Below, one piece after another: positions 40,296-52,300 of a stretch of 64,000 nt of DNA. The translations under genes were made by a program, and so were the position numbers. Within the stretch, counting starts at the first letter, position 1. Every line of letters starts with the position of its first letter. Origin of the DNA: Fimbriosthenelais zetlandica. Lineage: Eukaryota. The DNA lies in assembly GCA_977030845.1 (NCBI GenBank), contig OZ365119.1, positions 8,804,001 through 8,868,000 of the forward strand, given 5' to 3'. Under the pieces are notes generated by a model. That model made no database searches. It was not told the DNA's origin and saw nothing but the letters and a program-made list of their open reading frames with translations.

Positions 40296-43200
40296 GGGTA
40301 GCTATAGGATGGCCCTTCATGCGTGGTTACGGTGATTCAGGCAGGGGGAGAAGCCCATTAACCTCCATGCCAGCAGATTCAGACTCAGCCAATTGTGCGA
40401 TGACCTGAAATATGGCTTGACCTGTCAGGTCATGGCCAGTTCAGGTCAGACCGGTCAGGCTTTGGCTAGTGAAGTTCAAGCTGATCCTCATTCTGAGTCC
40501 ATGCCATGGCATGAAACCCTGATTTCTCAGTTGTCACAAATGAAAATAAACGGGAGGTACTTGAAAGTGGAAAGGAGGTCCCAGGGGATGTATTTGCTCT
40601 GGGAATAGAGGTTTTGAAGACGCATAACCACTTATAACCAGAAATATTTGGGATGGTGATGAAAGAACTGGTTCCACAGAGAAAAAACAGGTTCACATAA
40701 TTCCTGTTTGTCTTCATTATTGGTCAATATTTCCTCGTGGGGAAATCAACTTCATTCCCCATGCATTAGCTCAGCCAGGAGCGAATTGTCTTGGACAACT
40801 GGCTGTTGAAAAAAACCTTCTTGAAATGATTGAGAAAAAATCTGGCAATCAGAAGAAATTGAGGACGAGGGGAAAAGAAAATCACTCCATTAATTGATTG
40901 CAACCAGACAGAAAAGCTTGACCCATTGGGAACCCAATGAAAATATCCATCCAAATTAGGATCAACTGTTTTTGAAAGGTCCTGAAGTGAAAGTAAACCC
41001 AGTAAACAGTTTTTCATTTGTTTTTTCTCATGGGTTAATCTTGTACTGTACACCAAAACGGACCAACCATCCCATGTAGGCCTACATAGTTGGGAGTGTG
41101 GAAATACGAAGTCAAACCTGGAAGAACCAACTTATTTTTCCCAAATCAAGTGATCTATTGGATGATGAGGGGATAAATGAGTATGACAAACCAATGTATT
41201 ATGTATGAATGTCAGTATGATTGATGAGCTGGTATAAAACAGACTGATCACAGTCGTCATTATGGCCTCACATGAATGCATCTTTCCATCATCCCATTAA
41301 AAGGAAAATCCCATCACTTTGACCCTTCCAATGACAGATGCATATATCAATAACATGGGAGTTCTCCTATATTAACCTACACAACATATTATATCATAGT
41401 TCTGGTTCTTGTAACTTTTGACAATATAAATACCGAGCAGCCAGAGACTTGTAACTTGTTCTTGTAAACAGAATCTGAAAGGATTAGTCACTGAACAACA
41501 GTGTTGATTCCCGACATCAAATTTTCATCGAGCAATTGTGAAAAAATAAGCCGATGGAGTCTGCGTTCATTATCATAAACCCCGCATTAAACTGTAGCGT
41601 TATAAAGCATACTTCAGAGCCTAATCCTTGTCTCTTGTCGTCCCCTGTGCTGGATCAGGCTATTCACATTATGGGAGGATTAATCAAGGCTTGTTCTTCC
41701 GTCGAGCCATCCACGACTCCACCGTGACTGATATGGCTCGCGGTAAAACGTATATGATCCCTCTTCCGGAGTGTGAGCGGGGAAATTGTAATGAAGGCGG
41801 CAGTTTTTCTTAAATAAAGAACAAACCCAGCATAGATTATTGATGGCTAGTGATGGAGGCTGTCTATGGAGGCAGGATGTTTTACATTAAAGTGTCTATT
41901 AAATCAGCTTTACTTTGTATGATTAATGGGAAACAATAGTGGAGCGTTTATGTGGAATAGCCGGCAGATTCATCCAGCGTTCTTGGCTATCATCATTATA
42001 GATAAACTTTGATATAACTAACAGCCTTGGGGGGAATAAAGAATGGAATGAGTGAATAAATGAATGAATAGTTCACTCTGAATAGCCCAGGGACTAGAAG
42101 CATACGGTTTATACACATGACAAATGAGACTAGTAAAAATCAACGCAACACTCTTACACCAAACTTCATCTTTCAAAAGACCCCTTCAGAATTGATATAC
42201 TCAAATTAGCATTTCATTATGCTCAATCTCCTTGAAATTACCGTTCAAGGTATTCTATTGTCAACACCAATATGCATGTAAATGAGATTGCTGTTCATTG
42301 CGTGGGACTGGGAGAACCCTGGTTTTCTCATGAACATTGCATGGTTATCACAGTAACGCCTCAATGGTCCTCACTGCCACATCCAAACCGCATACATCAG
42401 CGTGCTGAAAAAACTTAAACTCAAAAGAAAACCCATAAAATCCACCCTCAGCCTCCACACTACAGACATGTATAATAGAATTGCCAAGACTGTCATTTAC
42501 CTCAACACAGTTAAGTGGACTTTATTCTCCTGGGAACATATCCACAGTGACAACCCAGGAAGTGTAATCTCACGAGGTTAGATTGAAGAGCAGTGAAAAG
42601 TATCGAGGGTAGGAAACGCGTGAAGGGACACTACACCCATGACAGAGGACGAGGTGGTGGTGGTCTCCAGGGAAACATATCCACGGAGACACCGCCTTGT
42701 CTGGTTAATGAAGGACATGTTATCTTACACGTACTCCTGTGCGCTGCCATCTTCCTTTTGATAAGCTACGTTCTAAACCAAACAAAGCAATGGACAGTAA
42801 CCCTAGACTCGCATCAAAGTAGAGCATCCACTAAGTTTTGGATAATGTCTACATTGAAGCACTTTACCGCAAAGAGATGATTTAGGTTGAGACGAAATTA
42901 CTAGGATTTCTCCATGATTAGTGGAAAATATGTTTCCTGCCTGAGGAGTGGAGAGGCAGAGAAAGGGTCAGAGATAAAGAAGCCCACTGGTATGATAACT
43001 ATTATCTGGCTTTCTTAGCAAAGAGAAGCTGAATGGACTGTTGCTTATAAGGACTGCTATCATTATGACATCTTTGATGTAATGCATATGAATTTGCTGC
43101 AGCAAGCGCAGAATTCCATCTCCTTACCCTCAACCCACTCCAGCCTAATGGTTAGTGGCGCCCTCTGACACGAGAGGGTTGCGACATTCACCCTCAGGCT

Positions 43201-45432
43201 GCCCTCTAATCAACCTCTATTGAACCCTCTATTATCGTCCGGGTCGCCATGTTAAAGGTTGCCATGGTAACACAGCCCACCCTGGCGACCAGCGAGGAGG
43301 CCCCTCGCCACAAGGAAAAATAAGTCATTTAGGCTGTGATGTGTGTTGTAAGGGGCCCTCTGGCCTGGATTGGGATTGAGGATTTGCCATCCATTCAATA
43401 GACTCCATCCAACTTCCCATCAGGGGTAGGGATACAAGAAGGCGTAACAACCTGACATATAACATCAAATAGTCCCTTCTTATTGTGCTGGGTTCGTGAC
43501 AAAAAGTATCGGCTCTTTGCTGGGAATGTGAATCTGGCTGGTGGTACTTCAATACGCCACTAATCCCCCTCCGTACTACCAACTAACATGCGAAACCTCG
43601 GTTAGTTTCTAACTAATGCCCTCCTATCGAAGTACCTTTCCATGACTTGACAATACTTGGTTTAATCGCAAATTATTTGTAGCGATGCTGCCATTGCTTC
43701 TTGCAAGGTTTAGGTAACAAAATGTGGACTATTAAACTCAGGTCCTACAGCTGGAAAGAAATGGAATGAAACAATCTTTCAGCAAGATAATTCCATGCAT
43801 TAAAGTCAATCAATGAGAGCGACCAAGTAATGGAACTGAACTCTCCATTAAAGACAAAAAAACGCCTGTTTTGTTCGAAATGCACATTTGATAATCTTCC
43901 CTCAAAAATACACAAAGCAATTCTTATGATATAAAGTTAAATCATAGACACTAATCGTAAGCTTTTTTCATCCAAGACAAGGCATGTACATCCATGATCA
44001 CTGATGCGGTATGATCAATTAAACTGAATAAAAGAAATTCTCATCTGGATTTCTAAAGCTGATCTTTTTTGGTCAGCGTATATGTGATACATCTTCATGT
44101 ATCAGCTGAAGGATATGAAGGTTTTCCTTCTCTAATTACCCACTGTTTCCATAGCTTTAATAAGCTTTTCAATGTCTCAATCAATCATTATCTCTTGTAA
44201 GGATACCGAGTCTTGCTAACAAGCACAAGATAACAAAAGATTCCCATAACAACGGCTTATAACAATAGGATGAGGAGGGAGCAGCAGGCGCGGACTTTTG
44301 TCTCTTCTCTTCTCTCCTTCGTGAGTCATCCCTTGTCTCTGTCCTGATCCACAAGTGTTTCTATAGAAACCCAACAGTTGCTAGGCTACATGTCTAGTTA
44401 GGCCAAGGACCGGGACACCATTTTTGTTCAGCGTAATCGGTTTGAAAAGACTTGCTGCTGGCAAGATGTCCTGAGAACCTCATTAATATAACTGAACCAA
44501 ATTCAGGGACACCACCTAGCTAGTTCTTGGCCTAAGGAAATGCGCTCTATACTACATGAAAACCTGATGTTATAATTTATTATAATAACAGTACCTTAGG
44601 TCATGTTGAACCCTCAAGATGTTTACAGACCTCTTTGTAACAAACATCCAGGATATCCCTAAGCATCCCTTTTGCAATCCCCCATCAAATGCAAATTCAA
44701 TTTCCCATGTATGAAGTTTAATATACAGACTGAATGATTGAAATCAGATTGATTCAATCGCCATAGGACATCTTATCAGTCGCTTAGTCATATGGCAAAG
44801 AAACAACGATGCCGCAGATTATGATGTTGGCCTCTCGGCTCCTGATAAGATGTTCAGAGAAGTCGAAGACTGTTAGAGAGTTATTTGCCCGCAAGGGGGC
44901 CATGATGGCTTGATAATATCAGTCGATATAAAAATGAATCAGAGGCACATTCTGCAAGGATTCAACAGCAACCAGATGCCTTCGCCGATCTCCTTATCCC
45001 GAGGCCAGCATTTCTGATACTCTAGTAATAGGAACGAAGCCAATAAATGACTTTGCTCGCTATTTCATAAGAGTATTTGATCAGGGAGTAATTCCTCATG
45101 GCAAATTAGGAAAGTTACTTTCAATATTTAGTGTTTGCCATCTCTAGAGCCTCCTCCCATTAGAATCATTGCAATCAGGTGAAAAATAGCGATATTATTG
45201 TTGCAAAGGTTGCAGGAATATAAGAAAGTAAATTAGTCTGAGTGTTTGCTACATGAACTGTGATGATTTTACATCCAATGAATCACTTCTTCCTCAAATT
45301 TTCAAAAACAAAAATCCACAAAATTCGGGCCAGACAGTAGTACTCTTATGCCAATCAATAACCAGCATCGGAGCAACAACCTCCCAACTGAGGCAGAATG
45401 GAGAACGAGAGGCGAGCCTCGCTCTCGCGAGC

Positions 45433-45805
45433 TGCCACCAGGTGGCCCTGTTGCATGTTTAATGACCTCAGAGTTGGCCTCCACAATGATTCAGCTAACT
45501 CACACCAGAGGGGGCGATGTGTGAGTGAGTGGGTGTCTTTGGGGTGTGTGTAAACTAAAGGCAAAGCAGCAATGCTCTGCTAATTCTGAATCAATGGGGG
45601 ACGTTTGGGGATGGGGAATGTACTGGTTTTTATTGCACCCTTTAGCAGATTTGTAACGTTGATCGTGCATCGACACGGCATCATTCTGCTCCATATAGCC
45701 CTCTAGTGAGGTGTTCGTGTGATTTTACGACAACACTTTACGGCTATCTTGTAATTTTGACTTCCGGGCATGAATATTGATAGAGGTTGCCGCCAGAGGT
45801 GTGAC
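45433..45805. promoter_or_regulatory. Cluster of CTCF-like motifs
   Basis: tgccaccaggtggccc (45433, +), acaccagagggggcg (about 45502, +), cctcactagagggctat (45695-45711, -) and gccgccagaggtg (45789, +) are compared to the core CCASYAGRKGGCRS. Confidence 0.5.
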
Positions 45806-48502
45806 ATGCGGGCTTGGGGACGTTGGCGAGGTGCGGGTTTCTATTATTCACGAACTTGTGAATGTGGCGGAATGTAGTTTGACTGACTTTAAGCCTTAGA
45901 AAGGTGTTGAGCATGGCTGATATGACATAGTGACGGTCATTAGGTAGACTACCCAGCCAGTGGTGTTACCTAAGACCTGCCACGACAACGATGTGGAAAT
46001 TAGAGTGACCCAATGTCAGGAGCATGGATGTGATCCTGGAAATGGTTTTATCATTTTCTATCACATACAGATTAAAAATGTAATGACGGGCCAAACTGGA
46101 TAATATCATGGTGTTCGGGAGTGAATTAAATTTAATGACCTTCCAGCAACAAGATATAGACTGTTGATGAACAGTCATAGTATTTGATATTATAAAGACT
46201 GACAATCTTAATATAGAGCTCTGGTATCAGGTTTCAGTGACTGAGGACATTATTAACTTCGATTTATTTTTAAATTGAGGCTATAAGTACTGGTAATACA
46301 CTTCATGAAAACTCCATAGGCAATTTCAAGATCGTAAATTAAGCTTAGATAATAACTATAATATACAGAACCACCAGGTCTTTACGCTAACCATTCATCA
46401 CTCATATATGACTTGCTCACCTGTGAGTCACTCGCCTACTGGCACTCTGCCAACCAGGTCACAGCTGTCACATGATATGTGATAATTAGGTCAGTGGAAG
46501 GAAGGCGCCAGACTGCGTGGCGCACCTTGCCTGGGCTGGGTCAGCACTGGTAGACTGGGTCAGGCTCTTATTAAAAAGACACTACTTTGGATCACAAATT
46601 GACATTTGTTCCATTGTAGTTTTTTTCAATCACAATTTATAGCCTATTAATACTGGCTATATGAAGATCTAGAACATGAACTAGAACGTCTAAAGACATC
46701 TAGAACACCCCAACAAATCTAATGTTCATAGTCAGAGAGGAAAAACAATTAAGCTTAGTTTGTATTCTCATGAACCACAATTCTAAGGACGAGTACACAT
46801 AAAATACAAAAGAATCCTGAAAACTTGAGCAATTAATCATTCGCCAATCGATTAATGTTGCTATGAAGCTATGTAATGTTTAAAGCTCTTGTATTATTGA
46901 TGTATTCGTGACAATGTGGATTGCGTGGCAGGGGCGATATTACTCCATGATTTACTCTCATTAGCGTAATGGTGGGGCATTTTACCTGCCTGTACATACA
47001 AAACATGAAACATGTATCTCCTAACATAGCATTGCATGTGGAGCTATGAGTACCCTTTATTATCGCTGGAATTATCAGCAAAAAACAAAGCGTTGCATTA
47101 ACAATTCACATGACACTCAATATATGACCCAGTTCTCATTCGGCATCGTATTGAGATTCATTTGGATCATGCAGCTTGAGGTTTTTGCTCTGTTGTAGCT
47201 TTTTTTTCTAATCAGAACCAATAGTTCTAGCCTCGATTGCAGCATAGGCGAATCAATTGCCTGAGTATTAAAACACTCTGGATGATCTGATATGGAAATA
47301 ATCATCCCAAAACATTTCAATTTGATGAACCTTCCGACCTGTTTATCAAATCGGACCTGGCGTTTCAAAGACATCAATTTTATGCATGATATGGCCATTT
47401 CGGAACATGTTGATGACCTTATTTGCATATCAGAGCAACAAAGGGTATAAAATGAACAATGGCATAGTAAATTATTCCCTCTTTCGCTGCCTTTTCATAT
47501 GCAACAAAATGCATTTATTCTGAATGGAGGCCACTTAATCTCCGTGTGTTTTTGTCAGGGTGACATGTTCACTCGTTACTAATCAATCCTCTCTGTGGTT
47601 TCCCCAATCTTTACTGCTCCTCCCGGAACCATTCAAATTCAGATGAGTATTAAAATATTTATCAGCTCTCTTCAGTTTTTCTCGTTTCAACAAATGGACT
47701 AATTTTACAACCACAGAACCTGTAACTGGCTCGTTCAAGGCCCGTCAATTGGTCGCAAGCTGTGTTTTTTGATCCAGCTTCACAAGAAGTACTCATGGGC
47801 ATTTCTCAGAGGAGAATTGGACATAGGTTTCCTCTCAACTTTTATTTTCGGATTGATAAAATGTTTAACACATTCCATGCATAATTCTAATAGTTCAATG
47901 AACTAAAGATTCGAGACGAGGAGTGTGCAAAGTATTTGCTCACTGTGCCAATGGCATGTCTAAGAACCTTGCTAATGGTATCCCTCTGATTCCACTGGCC
48001 AAGTACAGCCTCTTTAGCTTCAATATAGCCAGGTCTACAATTTAATGAATTTAAAATATTTTGGTTATAGTTACAACACAGGAAAGGAGTGTAATGCAAA
48101 CAATCATGGACTCCTTTCTTGTGCCATCCATTTACTGTAATCCTGTACTGTAAACTGGCAGTACTGAAGCCTTGTGGTGGAGCATGTACTGTCCTTGAGA
48201 GTTACTGATGACCCAGGCAGTGTCTGTCTGACTCAGTTAACCCGTCTGGGTAGATGAGACGTGATGTGAGTGGCTAGAATGACCCCACGTGACTGACTCA
48301 CATGTTGCTGTGGTGGACATCACACTGGACATGCGCCAGGTACACTTCCGGTGACAGTGACAGATGGAGTGTCTGTGAGGGGAGCTGACTAATGGGCGAC
48401 AATAGGGGTCACAGCTTAGGTGCCAATTTACCACAGAGGATGAGTACCTCACTAAGACATACATGGGCATTTCCTTTACAGGGAAGGGTACATTCCCAAC
48501 TA

Positions 48503-48671
48503 TTGGTGGATCAAGAGGGGGGTTAGGGCTCCCCTGAACTTCTGAGATTTTTTGTCGCTCAGATAGCGTCATGAGGCCTCCCACCCTCACACACCAGCCC
48601 CCTTGGTGTTTTTTTACACAGATCTTGCCTCCCTAAAACCCACCCTTTCCCAAACCCTGGACCCATCCCTG
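48503..48671. mobile_element. Short degenerate TIR-bounded (MITE-like) element, GGCGGATCCAGGG...CCCTGGATCCGCC type
   Basis: The left end ttggtggatcaagagggggg and right end ccctggacccatccctg are degenerate inverted copies. Similar ends occur at 9973-10058 and 40079-40295. Confidence 0.5.
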
Positions 48672-49362
48672 TCATACCTAACTATGAAAAAATTAACTGC
48701 ATCGCTGCAAAGGTTATCGAAACCAATTACTTTACCAGTCTGCAGATATGATGCATTTGTCAAAATCTGAGAAATCAGTCAACAGCTAAGAGCAATTACT
48801 TTAATTGACAAACCATTCTGATTCATCCCCACTGAAAACAATCGAAAATTAAATTGGGAATGCTCATCCCTTTGAAGAATTTCTCCCGGCCTCAGCCACT
48901 TTGTGATGGTCTCTGCTTTGGTGTGGGGATCAGGGTAATTCGGCGTTCAGACTTCACAGGCTTCCCTGGCTGGTTTCCCAGGGAAGCAAGCCTTTCTACC
49001 AGCATGAGATAACTGTGACTCAGCCTCATGTCCTCTTAATAAGCATTATCTTTATCATTCTGAGCTCCTCCGAACACTGAGAATCCTTTAACTAAGTTTT
49101 AAGGGGATCCTCAATGAACTAAAAGCTGCCTGGGAAAGTATCCACTTTCCCGCATTGACTGAGTACTATCTTATGCACGGAGTATGAAATTTGAAAAGAG
49201 TAGTACTGATAGAAAGTTTGAGCGGAGTATTGAAGTGGAGAGCGTTCTGATACGGGTCCTAATAATACTGACGAAATAGGAGAAAGTAATTAATAAAAGC
49301 TTCAATGATTATCAGTAATTGTATCCTACTTGTTGGCTTCGGTTCCAAGCTCTGAAACACGA

Positions 49363-49390
49363 CCTCACCTGGAAAAAGCATAAGGAAATC
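49363..49390 (-). other. Candidate recursive splice site, junction at 49369/49368
   Basis: The minus strand reads gatttccttatgctttttcCAG|GTGAGG. Confidence 0.5.
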
Positions 49391-52300
49391 ATTAAAATCT
49401 GTAATTAAAGTTTGAATATTCACTTGCAGTCTTTTAGAATTAAAACTAGAAACTTCTTTCTGGACCTCCCAACTAATGAAGTCGCCCAAGCCTGAGGCTA
49501 GGGAATAATTAGCTCTGTGCCTATTTATCGGGCATTTCAAATCTTTTTCCTCCTTTTCAATCAAATTTGTTTCCATAATAAAAGAGGAGTTGGTGAAGGC
49601 AATGGAGGGAGTGTGTTGGTGCGTGACAGCTCGGGTGTGGTTAGGTTGAGGAGAAAGCTTTCATTGCGAAACGAAACAAGAAGAATGGAAAGCAAAGGCC
49701 TCCCAAGGCGTTTGTGGAATGAGGAAGTCAAGTGCAAAAACAGGCGAAATGAAAAATTTCACAGCCCAGGGACAGAAGCGCTGAATGAATTTAGATTCAG
49801 GCATTGAAATTTTTATATTTGGAGTGACTTGAAATAGAAACCAAGACTGGTCTATTCGTGACTTTTGTGAACTTGTCTTATCGATTTGTCCTGGTGGTTT
49901 CCTCTAGAGAACAATTCAAGTTAAACTGGCCGAGAATTCTGAGTCTGAGCAACAGAGCTCAGTTGTGAGACTGGATAAAAACAATATGTCTCTAAAAATA
50001 AAGACATCATTTATAACCTGTGATGGCGATCAATAAAAACACAAGTTGGCGTGACGTCACAAATGAGGCGTGACTTCATACGGCAGGCGTGACGACCCGG
50101 GGGAGGGGAGGGGAGGGAAGAGTGGGGAGGGGAGGGGGAAGTGGTGGTGATGAAGCATGACGACCCTGGGGTGGGAAGTGTGGTCACGGATGGAGGAGTA
50201 GAGTGAATGAGGGATAATGAAGCATGGTCTTCACGGAGCATCACTCCAGGCTGCCATCCACACCATTGTGGCCCGCCTCTAATCTGTTGTTCTTAGATAA
50301 TATTCATCCCAGCCAATGATGGTGGAAAAAACTATAATGTCCCGGCTGAAAAAGAGCTAAAGTACACCAAATTTCCTTTTTAATTTGACTCATTCTTTCT
50401 ATCATTATGAGCATTCTTAGATAATATTCTTCCCAGCTAACGATAGTGGCCACTGCTGAAACAGTGCAAAGTGCCTCAAGTTCACTTCAAAATATGACTC
50501 ATATAATACATCCATAACCTTAATTCAGGTGACAATCAGCCCTTCCCATACAGTAAATGATAAAAGGTCACTTTAATGAAGCCCAGAGACCACAAAGGAT
50601 GATGACGTAACAGGGAAAACTTGACTGGTGAGTGACGTGTGACTGTTTGAGCAGGGAAGGAGTGACATTGTTTGTACCAGTGACAATAGTGGGAATATTG
50701 GAGGGGAGTGTGCCTGCCTGGGAGCTGAAGTGGATACTTGTTCTGGTTTAGACGTCTGCTTCGTTTTAACACACACCAAAGAGGCTACCGGTTCATGAAC
50801 AAAGACTAAACTTAACCAGCCGTGTTTGCTTAAGATTAGGACCACCTTTATCCTGCCATTCTTTGTGTCTGACACGTCTGTTTTTTAGCCGTGGTATCAT
50901 AGCACATGCTAAACAAATTGACAAATTTTAAGGTGGTGCACTACTGCCAATTTTGTTTGGGACACTCCTGCACACTAAGGTGTTAAAATATGAACCAGTG
51001 GAGGATAGCTTTAAGGCCTTGGGCACTTTGACCCTTTGGATGGAATGTTTTCCCTTAAAACCTATATGACGTACACTTGGTCCAGAATTTAAACATTTGA
51101 TTGCCTCACATTTGTAAAAGTGGTGTCGCAAGCAAAACCACACTCTGTGTGATCATCAATTCAAGTAGTGACAACTGGGTTGGTTACAAGGCAAACTGTC
51201 CAAGCACCGCGGGTGCCAGTAAGAGATTACTTTCAGTTCTAACTGTAATTGTAGTGTTTGAATTAGGATTCCCAGAGCGGGGCTGTCACTGATCCCTAAT
51301 CCCTCATCCGGCATCTCCTGGGGTACCGGATCATCCGGGGGGTTAAGCCGAGCTGCAAATTAAATGACAACTCTGTGTATGGATTAACAAAGGCTTGAGA
51401 TAGAGGCCTCCCTGAGGAAGACCTAATCAAATAAATACCGCACCTCTGGTCAACCACAGACTCTGTAATAAGCCCTGAAATTCATTTAATAATAACTCAT
51501 CTGCATAAAGCAGGATCTGAAAGTTGGGGCTTGGTTTTGGTTATTGTTATGGAACTCCAATATGGATCATGGAGTGAACTTCACTGGTAGCTTATACACC
51601 CATGTGAACGACACCCATTGCAGCATCAGAAACAATATCGATATCCCATTGTGTCCAGTCGTAACACCCAACAATCTAAACATGCGTGAACGCATCAGCG
51701 ACTAACCGCTCAAACATCCATTCAAAAAACCCAAGAAACCCAACACCCATGAATTTGGGTCGAAGAGAAAAATAAAAGGTCCTAAATTGGAGTGTTAATT
51801 GCATGAGTTGGTTCTGTGGGTGGGTGTAGGGGTAGCAGGTGGAGGCAGGGGTTGGGTGGTTGGGGGGTGAGAGAAGATGGGGATTGTACGGGAGTTAAGG
51901 TCATGTTTCTCATCTTGATTGGGTTGGACAGCTGGGTCGGTTATCAGTGGAGACAGATGTGTGGTTGGAAGCTCAGATAACGCAACAAGCCATTCTTCTT
52001 ACGTCAAGCTGGCATCATTACAACATGGCGGGGAGGCTCGCAGAGTGGCGATTGTCCGGTAAACAGACGCATTAAAGATGGAAATTGCACGGAAATTTAA
52101 GGGTTTTGGAACAATGACATCACGAGGGACACGCAGATCACCTGAACGTAGGTCTTAGATGAGTCAGTGACAATCGCCAGATCCATAATGGACTTGATTA
52201 ATATTGCACATGTTAGTTTGATGAACTAAATGTTCTGGCTTCAGATTGTCACATTTAAATATTACTTAAAGTAAGGTTTGTATCTTGATTAAGTTTGGAG

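Noticed and set aside
42593-42880. DRGRGGGG motif suggesting a LINE APE endonuclease
   Set aside because: It is a low-complexity Gly/Arg match, and the flanking catalytic motifs are not recognisable.
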